Shown here in pieces: positions 1 through 7,740 of a stretch of 60,998 bases of DNA (position 1 is the stretch's first letter; every line of letters begins with the position of its first letter). This DNA is from Defluviitaleaceae bacterium. GTDB lineage: Bacteria > Bacillota > Clostridia > Lachnospirales > WRAA01. The stretch covers positions 1-60,998 of the forward strand of contig WRAW01000003.1 of NCBI GenBank assembly GCA_009780015.1, given 5' to 3'. Made by a program: the position numbers and the translations under genes. Below the pieces are notes generated by a model. That model did not search any database, was not told where the DNA came from, and saw only the letters and a program-made list of their open reading frames with translations.

Positions 1-168
1 CAGTGTCGCCGTCGCCGTTTGACCCAGTGTCGCCGTCGCCGTTTGACCCAGTGTCGCCGTCGCCGTTTGACCCAGTGTCGCCGTCGCCGTTTGACCCAGT
101 GTCGCCGCCGCCGTTTGACCCAGTGTCGCCGTCGCCGTTTGACCCAGTGTCGCCGTCGCCGTTTGACC
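1..168. repeat. 24-bp tandem repeat, 7 copies, continues past the left edge
   Basis: CAGTGTCGCCGTCGCCGTTTGACC is repeated head to tail from 1, 25, 49, 73, 97, 121 and 145. Only copy 5 has a single T->C change. The period is 8 codons, so copy-number changes stay in frame. Confidence 0.95.
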
Positions 169-943
169 CAGTGTTATTGTCGGAGTGGACGTCTTCCAGC
201 CATGTTAGTATCGAGCCGCCGTGTTGCTGCACGTTACCCCAGAGGAAGTATATTCGGCTTGAGGTATTGGAAGCCGAAGTGTTGGCGATGCTTACTGTTC
301 CACGCGTTATGGTGATGATTCGGGAGATATTCTGCGCGACGGAGCCGGCCACTATGGCGGAGCCATGTGTCTGCCTTGTCGCGGTCGCCGTAACATTGAT
401 ACTGCCGGAGGTATCGAATAAAATGTTGCCGTTTGGGACGTTTATGCCGATAGTGTTTGGAGCGGGCGTGAGGGCTGTGAAGTGGGAGTCCCCGGCGACG
501 GTGAGGCCGTTTTGAGCCAGAACGACCTCCCTTGGCCCGCCGCTGCCTGATTTTGCGGCGCGGACTCTCGCGTCGCCGGTGATTGATATTCTGCCGTGAA
601 CCCGCATAGGGCTGCCGCCTTCGGATACAATGGACAGCGTGCCGCCGCTCCCTGAGATCGAGAGGTCGCCGTGGACATACAGGGCGTGTTCTCCGCCGGA
701 AGCTGTAATTGTCACGTCGCCGCTGTATTCCAGTACAACGTGTTGGGTGAAGCGGCTGAGCGAGATGTACGAGCCGCCGCCGGACAGCATGTCATGCCCG
801 TTTATAATCAATGAGGGGGCAGACGCTGCGTAGGCTCGAGTTGGGTAAATTCCGGCAAACAAGAATGATGAGGTTATTGATAAGATTACGCAAAGCAGTC
901 TGTGAAAAATACGGGCATATACTACATGATCTAACAGTTTCAC
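1..943 (-). CDS. secreted repeat protein, C-terminus cut by window edge (signal peptide, Gly/Ser-rich repeats, tandem SNGDGDTG octapeptides)
   Basis: Not in the ORF track because it runs off the window. Minus-strand GTG at 943-941 lies 6 nt after GGGAGGG (950-956). My hand translation of the first ~45 codons reads MKLLDHVVYARIFHRLLCVILSITSSFLFAGIYPTRAYA/ASAPS (signal peptide, AYA-A cleavage motif). A quicker reading of the rest found no stop down to position 2. The 24-nt repeats at 1-168 read SNGDGDTG in this frame. Confidence 0.6.
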   Translation of the reverse strand, partial: MKLLDHVVYARIFHRLLCVILSITSSFLFAGIYPTRAYAASAPSLIINGHDMLSGGGSYISLSRFTQHVVLEYSGDVTITASGGEHALYVHGDLSISGSGGTLSIVSEGGSPMRVHGRISITGDARVRAAKSGSGGPREVVLAQNGLTVAGDSHFTALTPAPNTIGINVPNGNILFDTSGSINVTATATRQTHGSAIVAGSVAQNISRIITITRGTVSIANTSASNTSSRIYFLWGNVQQHGGSILTWLEDVHSDNNTGSNGDGDTGSNGDGDTGSNGGGDTGSNGDGDTGSNGDGDTGSNGDGDTGSNGDGDT

Positions 944-986
944 AGCAATCCCTCCCGATAAACTTGTATCATTGGTGATGCATTAC

Positions 987-1052
987 AGATAGCGATCTAC
1001 AATCATTGCTTATCGCTATCTAAGTTTACTAGAAATAATATTGCTGTGTCAA
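987..1052 (-). promoter_or_regulatory. putative promoter (-35 TTGACA, 18-nt spacer, -10 TAAACT) followed by a 10-bp-stem palindrome
   Basis: On the minus strand, TTGACA is the reverse complement of 1047-1052 and TAAACT of 1023-1028. The palindrome AGATAGCGAT(987-996)/ATCGCTATCT(1012-1021) follows immediately. All of this lies upstream of the secreted-protein GTG at 943. Confidence 0.3.
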
Positions 1053-1089
1053 CAAAGTCAACTATGTTATACGTACAAGATAGTGTACA

Positions 1090-1875
1090 TCATATCCTTC
1101 TGTGGCCGCCGGACTTTCCGTTTTGTACCGCCAAGAGTTCGCTTACTATGGAGAAGGCGATTTGTACGGGGGTTCCGCCGCAGATATTAAGGCCGATTGG
1201 CATGTATATACGCTCTATGAGATCGGCGGGAACCCCTTCGGAGACGAGCCTTGCTCTGGCGTCGGCGACCTTGGCGCGGCTTCCCATCATGCCGATGTAG
1301 GAAGCCGGTTTGTCGACGACAAGGCGGAGAGCTTCATAGTCTACGGAGTGGCTGCGGTTGACAAGTACGATGAAGGGGGCGTCGTCAAATCTCAGAAGCT
1401 TTACGGCTTCGCGGGGTGAGTGAGCGATGAAGGTGTGCGGCACTGTGAACAGGCTCTTGAGTTCTTCGCGCTCGTCGACAATCGTGAGGTCAAAGGGGAG
1501 GAAGTTCGCAAGCGCGGCTATTTGTTGGGAAACATGTCCCGCGCCGAATATTATCAGGCGGCGGTTGGGAAGGAGAATATTGACAAAGCCCTGTACGCGT
1601 CCGCCACAGACCATTCCGAGAGCGCCGTCCGAGCCAAGGTCGTACTCAAAGTTGAAGCTTTCGCCGGTTTTGAAGGAGTCTTTGATGCGCGCCAGCACGT
1701 CATGTTCGAGCTTGCCGCCTCCGACAGTACCCGTTTGGGACCCGTCTTCGAGCACCGCCATCATCGCGCCGGAAACACCCGGAGCTGAGCCGCTCACATG
1801 GGTTATGGTGGCCAAGGCTACTTTTTTGCCGGCTTCCAGTCCGCTTGAGGCGGTTTTCATTACGTCAATGCTCAT
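1090..1875 (-). CDS. XdhC/CoxI-family molybdenum hydroxylase maturation (accessory) protein
   Basis: 261 aa. The N-terminus ...ATITHVSGSAPGVSGAMMAV...GTVGGG and the Rossmann-like IFGAGHVSQ are typical of XdhC/CoxI. AGGAGG sits 7 nt upstream of the ATG. The start overlaps the upstream gene by 11 nt. Confidence 0.8.
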   Translation of the reverse strand: MSIDVMKTASSGLEAGKKVALATITHVSGSAPGVSGAMMAVLEDGSQTGTVGGGKLEHDVLARIKDSFKTGESFNFEYDLGSDGALGMVCGGRVQGFVNILLPNRRLIIFGAGHVSQQIAALANFLPFDLTIVDEREELKSLFTVPHTFIAHSPREAVKLLRFDDAPFIVLVNRSHSVDYEALRLVVDKPASYIGMMGSRAKVADARARLVSEGVPADLIERIYMPIGLNICGGTPVQIAFSIVSELLAVQNGKSGGHRRI

Positions 1876-3250
1876 GCGAAGTCCTCCTGGTGTGTATTTC
1901 GCGCAGCAGCGCCTCGAGAACCGCGCCGCCGACGGCTCTCGACTTGTCCGAGATTGTCCGCCAGTTGTCGCGCTCAGCAGCGCGCGGGTCGATGTCCGCG
2001 ATTTTTTGACCTTTTCGCACGAACAGGCCGTCGCGGATCATTCCGCGGAGCAAGCCGCTTATTGGCGCAATCACGGGTACACTGCCTACATAGGCCAGGG
2101 TGGCGCCGAAGTCGACGGCTTCGCCGATGCCGCGGATGGCGCACAGCCTGCCCCCGGCGGGGCTGTGGATTACCCTAAGCGAAGCTACTCCGCCGACTTC
2201 GCCCGGTACGCCCGTATTGGGCGTCGGTGCGCCGGAATACAACAAGCGCCCCAGGTTGTGTCCGCGCATTGTTTCTACCGCGATGTCGACGTCCTCTCCG
2301 GCGGTGAAGCCAGGACCCAGACCTATAGTAACCGGTGCCATGCCGCGGTGCGTTCCGAGGTTGCGCTTGGCGATAATCGCGTCGACAAGGGCGACGGGGC
2401 CGATCTTGCTCACTGAATCGGCATATTCGTCGACCAGAACGGGAACGACGCCTTGCGCGAAGCAGCCCGGCAGTTCGGAAACTTCCGTTATCAGACGGGC
2501 GCGGATATCTTCGACCGTGACGGCTCCGTCGTACACGGCTTGCGACAGAGCCACGCTTCGGCGTATGGCGGTAGGGGCGGCGGACTCGAGGACTACGGGG
2601 TGAAAGCCGGTGTGTTGGAGCTTTTGGACGACGCCCGTCGCGATGTCGCCGCCGCCGCGCACGACTACGGTACGGGAACCGGCGATCAGCATATGTTCAT
2701 AGTCCTGGCGAGTGTCTATATCGAAGCCCTCCAAGGAGTCGCCGAAGTGGCAGTACACCGCGTCCTCCTGGGACGAGACCAGCGACTTACCGCCTTGGTC
2801 TCCGCTCAGAGTGAGAAGCTTTGCGTGGTAGCTCGATGGAAATATGACGGGGTTACCGCTCTTTCCGCCGAATGTCGGGATTATCACCTTGCCGGCGTGG
2901 CGGTTACGGCACTCGAGTAGGGTGCTGATACTTTGTCGCCGTAACAGCGGCTGGTCGCCCACGAAGAATATATAGTCATTTCCAGGTTTCGACGCGTTGA
3001 CGGCCGCTATTATGGAGGCGCTTTGGCCTGGGAAGCTTCCGTCGTTAAGTACGCCCGCGGCGCCGTAATGCGCGCCCATTCCGAGCAGTTCTTCGTCTCT
3101 GCTGACCAGCAGGGTTTCGCCAAACCCAAGGCCATCGAGCTTTTCCAGTATGTGATCCAGAAGCGGTCGCCCGTCAAAGCCCAGCTTCAACTTGTCTTCA
3201 CCTAAGCGCTCACTGCGCCCGGCTGCCAGTATTATGGCGGTGATGCTCAT
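1865..3250 (-). CDS. fusion of a MocA/YgfJ-like NTP transferase (molybdenum cofactor cytidylyltransferase-like) with a YqeB/EF2563-family SDMH maturation domain
   Basis: I moved the start to the internal ATG at 3250 (MSITAIILAAGRSERLG, the MobA/MocA LAAGxSxRxG motif). The C-terminal ~260 aa (VVVRGGGDIATGVVQKLQHTGF...DKSRAVGGAVLEALL) matches my memory of the YqeB-family model. The track ORF extends to 3340, but that extension has no homology signal. Confidence 0.8.
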   Translation of the reverse strand: MSITAIILAAGRSERLGEDKLKLGFDGRPLLDHILEKLDGLGFGETLLVSRDEELLGMGAHYGAAGVLNDGSFPGQSASIIAAVNASKPGNDYIFFVGDQPLLRRQSISTLLECRNRHAGKVIIPTFGGKSGNPVIFPSSYHAKLLTLSGDQGGKSLVSSQEDAVYCHFGDSLEGFDIDTRQDYEHMLIAGSRTVVVRGGGDIATGVVQKLQHTGFHPVVLESAAPTAIRRSVALSQAVYDGAVTVEDIRARLITEVSELPGCFAQGVVPVLVDEYADSVSKIGPVALVDAIIAKRNLGTHRGMAPVTIGLGPGFTAGEDVDIAVETMRGHNLGRLLYSGAPTPNTGVPGEVGGVASLRVIHSPAGGRLCAIRGIGEAVDFGATLAYVGSVPVIAPISGLLRGMIRDGLFVRKGQKIADIDPRAAERDNWRTISDKSRAVGGAVLEALLREIHTRRTSHEH

Positions 3251-3349
3251 ATGCTCAACCCTTTTCAAAATCAATATTATAGATGCTTGAACCGAAAACA
3301 GTCTTGCCTTTGCGGTCTTTTTGCTGCAATGCTGCGTCAACTCCTTCTA

Positions 3350-3409
3350 GCGTGCCTTTTGGGCACGCGTCGTCGTCGTTCCCTTGCCTTGCGACAAAAA
3401 TCTTCGCAA
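3350..3409. promoter_or_regulatory. two short palindromes in the divergent control region
   Basis: GCGTGCC-N5-GGCACGC at 3350-3368 and TTGCGA-N9-TCGCAA at 3389-3409. They lie between the divergently transcribed maturation operon (start 3250) and dpaL (start 3645). Confidence 0.3.
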
Positions 3410-3501
3410 ATTCAAGACCATTTTCGGATCAAGCAGCTATAACTGACAACTATAATATCGCGAATTGCGGCTTGATGCAATAAATTTGTTTCGTAAAACA
3501 C

Positions 3502-3530
3502 TTGACAAATATGTATGAGGAAATTACAAT
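3502..3530 (+). promoter_or_regulatory. near-consensus sigma-A promoter for the dpaL-ygeY-ygeW operon
   Basis: TTGACA (3502-3507), exactly 17 nt of spacer, then TACAAT (3525-3530). It sits about 110 nt upstream of the dpaL GTG. Confidence 0.55.
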
Positions 3531-3644
3531 AATAATATGTCATTGAAATAATAATTTTTCTACATTGCAAACAGTACTCCTTCTTATACGTCATAGAGTT
3601 GGCGCAAACAACACAAAATTTCTCGGAAAGAAGGCTGGCGCGGC

Positions 3645-4901
3645 GTGAGTATCCATAAAAAAACGGAACGGCCCGGTATCAAGTGGCAGGTCAACCATCT
3701 TCCCAAGAGCGATATTTTTGGCAGCATCGGATTTTTGAACATGGATGCCGTGGAACACGCCCAAAGGTTTCATTCGAGCTTCCCGGAGTACCGCCGGACG
3801 CCGCTTGCGGCTCTGCCGGCTTTTGTGAAAAGGATCGGCATAGGCGGCATGTATGTCAAGGACGAGTCCTACCGCTTCGGGCTGAACGCTTTCAAGGTTC
3901 TTGGCGGGTCTTACGCTATCGGGCGTTTTATAGCCGAAACGATAGGTATTCGCGAGGGCGAGCTTACATATCAATCCATCACATCCCCCGAAGTCAGGGC
4001 TAAACTTGGCAGTTTCGCCTTTTTTACGGCTACGGACGGCAACCATGGCCGCGGAGTCGCGTGGGCGGCGAAGACTCTCAGACAAAAGGCTGTCGTATAC
4101 ATGCCTGCCGGGTCTTCTTCGGCGCGTTTGCGGGCCATATTGAACGAAGGCGCCGATGCGTCAATAACCGACTTGAATTATGACGACGCGGTGCGCCTTG
4201 CCGCGAGTAGGTGTTCCGAGACTCCAAACAGCGTGGTTGTGCAGGATACCGCCTGGGAGGGATACACCGACATTCCCACGTGGATAATGCAGGGCTACGG
4301 CACAATGGCTTTGGAGGCTCAATCACAGCTTGAAGAGCTTGGCGCGGCTCCGCCGACACACGTGTTCGTACAGGCGGGCGTGGGGTCTATGGCGGCTTCG
4401 GTACAGGGCTTCTTCGCAACGGCGTACAAGGAAAATCCGCCTGCTGTCATAGTCGTCGAGTCAAATATGGCCGACTGCTTCTACAAGTCCGCGGTGGCCG
4501 GAGACGGCAAACCCCGTGTTGTCGGCGGCGATATGCAGACTCTTATGGCCGGGCTTGCGTGCGGCGAACCAAACATACTTGCCTTCGAGGCGCTGAGAAA
4601 CCATTGCGCGGCCTTTGTCTCATGCCCGGACTGGGTGGCGGTCAAGGGTATGCGCATACTTGGCAACCCGATGCCCGGCGACACACGCGTACTCTCCGGG
4701 GAATCAGGCGCGGTGACGATCGGTCTTGTATACGAGATCATGACAAACGACGATTGCAGAGCTCTGCGCCAAGCGCTGGGACTTGGCCCGAGTTCGCGAG
4801 TTCTATGCTTCAGCACGGAAGGGGACACCGACCCCGACAAATATCTCGAGGTTGTGTGGGACGGCGTGGATGACTCCGTATGGCTAAGGTCAGGCGAATA
4901 G
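3645..4901 (+). CDS. dpaL: diaminopropionate ammonia-lyase (PLP-dependent; YgeX/DpaL)
   Basis: 418 aa. ...YVKDESYRFGLNAFKVLGGSYA... (PLP-Lys context) and TATDGNHGRGVAWAA are characteristic. The genomic context matches the E. coli ygeW-ygeX-ygeY block. Confidence 0.9.
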   Translation: MSIHKKTERPGIKWQVNHLPKSDIFGSIGFLNMDAVEHAQRFHSSFPEYRRTPLAALPAFVKRIGIGGMYVKDESYRFGLNAFKVLGGSYAIGRFIAETIGIREGELTYQSITSPEVRAKLGSFAFFTATDGNHGRGVAWAAKTLRQKAVVYMPAGSSSARLRAILNEGADASITDLNYDDAVRLAASRCSETPNSVVVQDTAWEGYTDIPTWIMQGYGTMALEAQSQLEELGAAPPTHVFVQAGVGSMAASVQGFFATAYKENPPAVIVVESNMADCFYKSAVAGDGKPRVVGGDMQTLMAGLACGEPNILAFEALRNHCAAFVSCPDWVAVKGMRILGNPMPGDTRVLSGESGAVTIGLVYEIMTNDDCRALRQALGLGPSSRVLCFSTEGDTDPDKYLEVVWDGVDDSVWLRSGE

Positions 4902-4948
4902 TAAAATAGGTGCAATTCACAAATTAATATACAAGGAGACTGATACCC

Positions 4949-6139
4949 ATGGACTTCGCACAAGTAGTGACAAAAGCGGAAGGTTACAAGGCCGACATGT
5001 CCAAGTTTCTGCGCGACCTGATACGCTTCCCCGGCGAAAGCGCCGAAGAGGGCAAGGTTATAGCCCGCATAAAGGAAGAGATGGAAAAGCTCGGCTTCGA
5101 CAAAGTTGAGGTAGACCCGATGGGCAACGTACTTGGTTACATGGGAAGCGGCGGAACCCTGATCGCCTACGACGCGCATATTGACACCGTGGGCGTCGGC
5201 AATGCCTCGAACTGGACTTTTGACCCATACGAAGGCTATGAGAATGACGACGAGATCGGCGGACGGGGCGCGTCAGATCAGCTTGGCGGCATTGTGTCGG
5301 CTGTGTACGGCGCGAAAATAATGAAGGAATTGAACCTTTTGGGCGACTGCAAGGTGCTCGTTACCGGTACGGTTCAGGAGGAAGACTGCGACGGCCTGTG
5401 CTGGCAGTACATCATTGAAGAGGGCAAGGTACGACCCGAGTTCGTTGTGATAACCGAGCCGACTAACGGCAACATCGCGCGCGGGCAGCGCGGACGCATG
5501 GAGATCAGGGTGGACGTTAAGGGCGTGTCCTGTCACGGTTCCGCGCCGGAGCGCGGCGACAACGCTATCTACAAAATGGGCGAGATAATTCTCGATGTCA
5601 AGGAGAAAGCCAACCATCTGGGCAATGACGATTTCCTGGGCAAGGGCACGCTTACTATTTCCGAGATATTCTTCACGTCGCCGTCGCGCTGCGCCGTGGC
5701 CGACAGTTGCGCCATATCCATCGACCGCCGCCTCACCGACGGCGAGACATACCAAATGGCGCTGAAGGAGATCGAGGAGCTTCCATCTGTGAAAAAGTAC
5801 GGCGCCGTCGTCAGCATGTACAAGTACGACCGTCCGGCCTACACCGGCCTTGTGTACCCGACGGACTGCTACTTCCCCACGTGGGTCATCCCGACCGATC
5901 ACCTGGCGACCAAGGCCGTTCAAGCCGCTCACAACGAGATATATGGTGATGTAAAAGTCAGCAAGTGGACATTCTCCACCAACGGCGTGTCGATCATGGG
6001 ACGCTACGGAATTCCATGCGTAGGCTTCGGGCCCGGCAAGGAAGAAGAAGCCCACGCGCCAAACGAAAAGACCTGGAAGGCAGACCTTGTGAAATGCGCC
6101 GCCGTTTACGCGCTTGTGCCAACTATGTACAAGAAATAA
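4949..6139 (+). CDS. ygeY: YgeY-family selenium-metabolism-linked M20 hydrolase
   Basis: 396 aa with an M20 fold (AHIDTVGVG..., EEDCDG). The N-terminus [16 protein letters not shown] resembles YgeY. It is adjacent to dpaL and ygeW. Confidence 0.88.
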   Translation: MDFAQVVTKAEGYKADMSKFLRDLIRFPGESAEEGKVIARIKEEMEKLGFDKVEVDPMGNVLGYMGSGGTLIAYDAHIDTVGVGNASNWTFDPYEGYENDDEIGGRGASDQLGGIVSAVYGAKIMKELNLLGDCKVLVTGTVQEEDCDGLCWQYIIEEGKVRPEFVVITEPTNGNIARGQRGRMEIRVDVKGVSCHGSAPERGDNAIYKMGEIILDVKEKANHLGNDDFLGKGTLTISEIFFTSPSRCAVADSCAISIDRRLTDGETYQMALKEIEELPSVKKYGAVVSMYKYDRPAYTGLVYPTDCYFPTWVIPTDHLATKAVQAAHNEIYGDVKVSKWTFSTNGVSIMGRYGIPCVGFGPGKEEEAHAPNEKTWKADLVKCAAVYALVPTMYKK

Positions 6140-6161
6140 CTATTATAAAGGAGCAATGGAT

Positions 6162-7355
6162 ATGGCAGAAATTAAGAAAATGATCGGAGCTCTTGAGAAG
6201 CTTGACGCGAGAAACATGTACAACAATGATTTCCTGCTTACCTGGGAAAAGTCCGACGACGAGATCGCGGCGGTGTTCCAAGTCGCCGACATACTTAGAA
6301 AGATGCGGGAAGACAATATTTCACCCAAGATTTTCAAAAGCGGCCTTGGAATATCGCTTTTCCGCGATAACTCTACAAGGACGCGTTTCAGCTATGCCAG
6401 CGCGTGCAATCTGCTCGGTCTTGAGGTGCAGGACTTTGAAGAGGGCAAGTCTCAGATCGCCCACGGCGAGACCGTGCGCGAGACGGCGAACATGATCTCC
6501 TTCATGGCCGACGTTATCGGCATCCGCGACGATATGTACATCGGCAAGGGCAACGCGTTCATGCGCGAATTCGCCCAGTACGTACAGGAAGGCTTTGACG
6601 AGGGAATCCTCGAGCAGCGCCCGACCCTTGTCAACCTGCAGTGCGACATAGACCACCCGACCCAGAGCATGGCCGATATGCTGCACATAATCCACCACTT
6701 TGGCGGCGTTGAGAATCTAAAGGGCAAGAAAATAGCCATGACGTGGGCTTACTCGCCGTCTTACGGCAAGCCTCTGTCCGTGCCCCAAGGCGTTATAGGC
6801 CTTATGAGCCGCTTTGGAATGGAAGTCGCCCTGGCGCACCCGCAGGGTTACGACCTTATGGCCGAGACCGAGGAAGTCGCCAAGAAGAACGCCGCGGCCT
6901 CGGGGGGCAAGTTCACGAAGTCCCACTCCATGCAGGAAGCTTTTAAGGACGCCGACATAGTATACCCCAAGAGCTGGGCCCCCTTCGCCGCTATGGAAAA
7001 GAGAACCAACCTTTACGGCGACGGCGACCACGACGGCATTAAAGCGCTCGAAAAGGAGCTGCTGGCTCAAAACGCCGGCCACAAGGATTGGGAGTGCACC
7101 GAAGACATGATGAAGCTCTCAAAGAACGGCAGCGCTCTTTACATGCACTGCCTGCCTGCCGACATTTCAGGAGTAAGCTGCAAGGAAGGCGAGGTCGCGG
7201 CGTCCGTGTTCGACCGTTATCGTGTGCCGCTTTACAAGGAAGCCGGCTTCAAGCCGTACATTATCGCGGCCATGATATTCCTCAGCAAAACTAAGCGCCC
7301 TGAAAAGGTACTGAGCGAAATACTTAAAAAAGACAGGAAGCGCTGGACAAAATAG
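6162..7355 (+). CDS. ygeW: YgeW-type knotted carbamoyltransferase
   Basis: FLLTWEKSDDE...SGLGISLFRDNSTRTRFSYASACNLLGL closely resembles E. coli YgeW as I recall it. HCLPA motif (MHCLPADISG). I chose the start at 6162, 8 nt after AAAGGAG. The track ORF starts earlier, at 6114. Confidence 0.9.
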   Translation: MAEIKKMIGALEKLDARNMYNNDFLLTWEKSDDEIAAVFQVADILRKMREDNISPKIFKSGLGISLFRDNSTRTRFSYASACNLLGLEVQDFEEGKSQIAHGETVRETANMISFMADVIGIRDDMYIGKGNAFMREFAQYVQEGFDEGILEQRPTLVNLQCDIDHPTQSMADMLHIIHHFGGVENLKGKKIAMTWAYSPSYGKPLSVPQGVIGLMSRFGMEVALAHPQGYDLMAETEEVAKKNAAASGGKFTKSHSMQEAFKDADIVYPKSWAPFAAMEKRTNLYGDGDHDGIKALEKELLAQNAGHKDWECTEDMMKLSKNGSALYMHCLPADISGVSCKEGEVAASVFDRYRVPLYKEAGFKPYIIAAMIFLSKTKRPEKVLSEILKKDRKRWTK

Positions 7356-7373
7356 CGCAATAACAGGGGGTAT

Positions 7374-7406
7374 AGCCGAAAGCCGTGAAGCATGCGGTTT
7401 TCGGCT
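7374..7406 (+). terminator. hairpin downstream of ygeW (terminator-like, no clean U-tract)
   Basis: AGCCGAAA...TTTCGGCT outer stem extended by inner GC pairs, 19 nt after the stop codon. Confidence 0.4.
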
Positions 7407-7432
7407 AAGCTTAATTGTGATATAATACCGTT

Positions 7433-7604
7433 TTAAGAACCTGCGGTCAATAACCGAGATGCTGGCTAGAAGAGGCGATTTTTCGCCAATCTAGGAAGAG
7501 GCGACGCCGCGTACCCTTAGTGGTACGCAAGGAGGCGCTGACGACGAGTGGCGGAAAATCGGCCTTCTAGACGGCGTTGAGTGTTATTGACCGCTGGTTC
7601 TAAG
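7433..7604. repeat. family A long palindromic intergenic element, copy A1 (~172 bp)
   Basis: The outer stem AGAACCTGCGGTCAATAAC pairs with GTTATTGACCGCTGGTTCT. The core GGCGATTTTTCGCCAATCTAGGAAGAGGCGACGCCGCGTACCCTTAGTGGTACGCAAGGAGGCGCTGACGACGAGTGGCGGAAAATCGGCC is shared with the copies at 23.7, 23.8 and 46.8 kb. Confidence 0.85.
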
Positions 7605-7616
7605 ATATACTGTACA

Positions 7617-7713
7617 GCAATTCCGGCTGAGAAGGAACCCAAATTTTTCTGAAGCCCCGGCCTAAAGCCGCCGGGGTTCCGAAAAATTTGGGTTTGATTA
7701 GAACCGGAATTGC
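7617..7713. repeat. family B palindromic element, copy B1 (~97 bp)
   Basis: GCAATTCCGG...GGAACCCAAATTTTTCTGAAGCCCCGG / CCGGGGTTCCGAAAAATTTGGGTT...CCGGAATTGC. A second copy lies at 42265-42360. Confidence 0.85.
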
Positions 7714-7740
7714 TATACCGCGATAATTAAGGAGGAGAAT

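Noticed and set aside
3-515. Plus-strand ORFs 3-515 (VSPSPFDP repeats) and 19-315 (RRRRLTQC repeats) across the tandem array.
   Set aside because: These are alternative frames of the 24-bp repeat. The minus-strand frame is the one that connects to an RBS, a GTG start and a signal peptide at 943 and continues through the array, so the plus-strand ORFs are shadows.
3350-3368. Sigma-54 promoter (GGGCACG...) in the divergent region, by analogy with ygeV-dependent control in E. coli.
   Set aside because: There is no TTGC element at the required 5-nt spacing after the GGCAC. The sequence is better explained as a simple palindrome.
3440-3644. Purine (guanine/adenine) riboswitch in the dpaL leader, prompted by TATAATATCGCG near 3452.
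   Set aside because: The rest of the three-way junction consensus (conserved loops and the P1 pairing) is not present. The TATAAT-like string is upstream of the better promoter.
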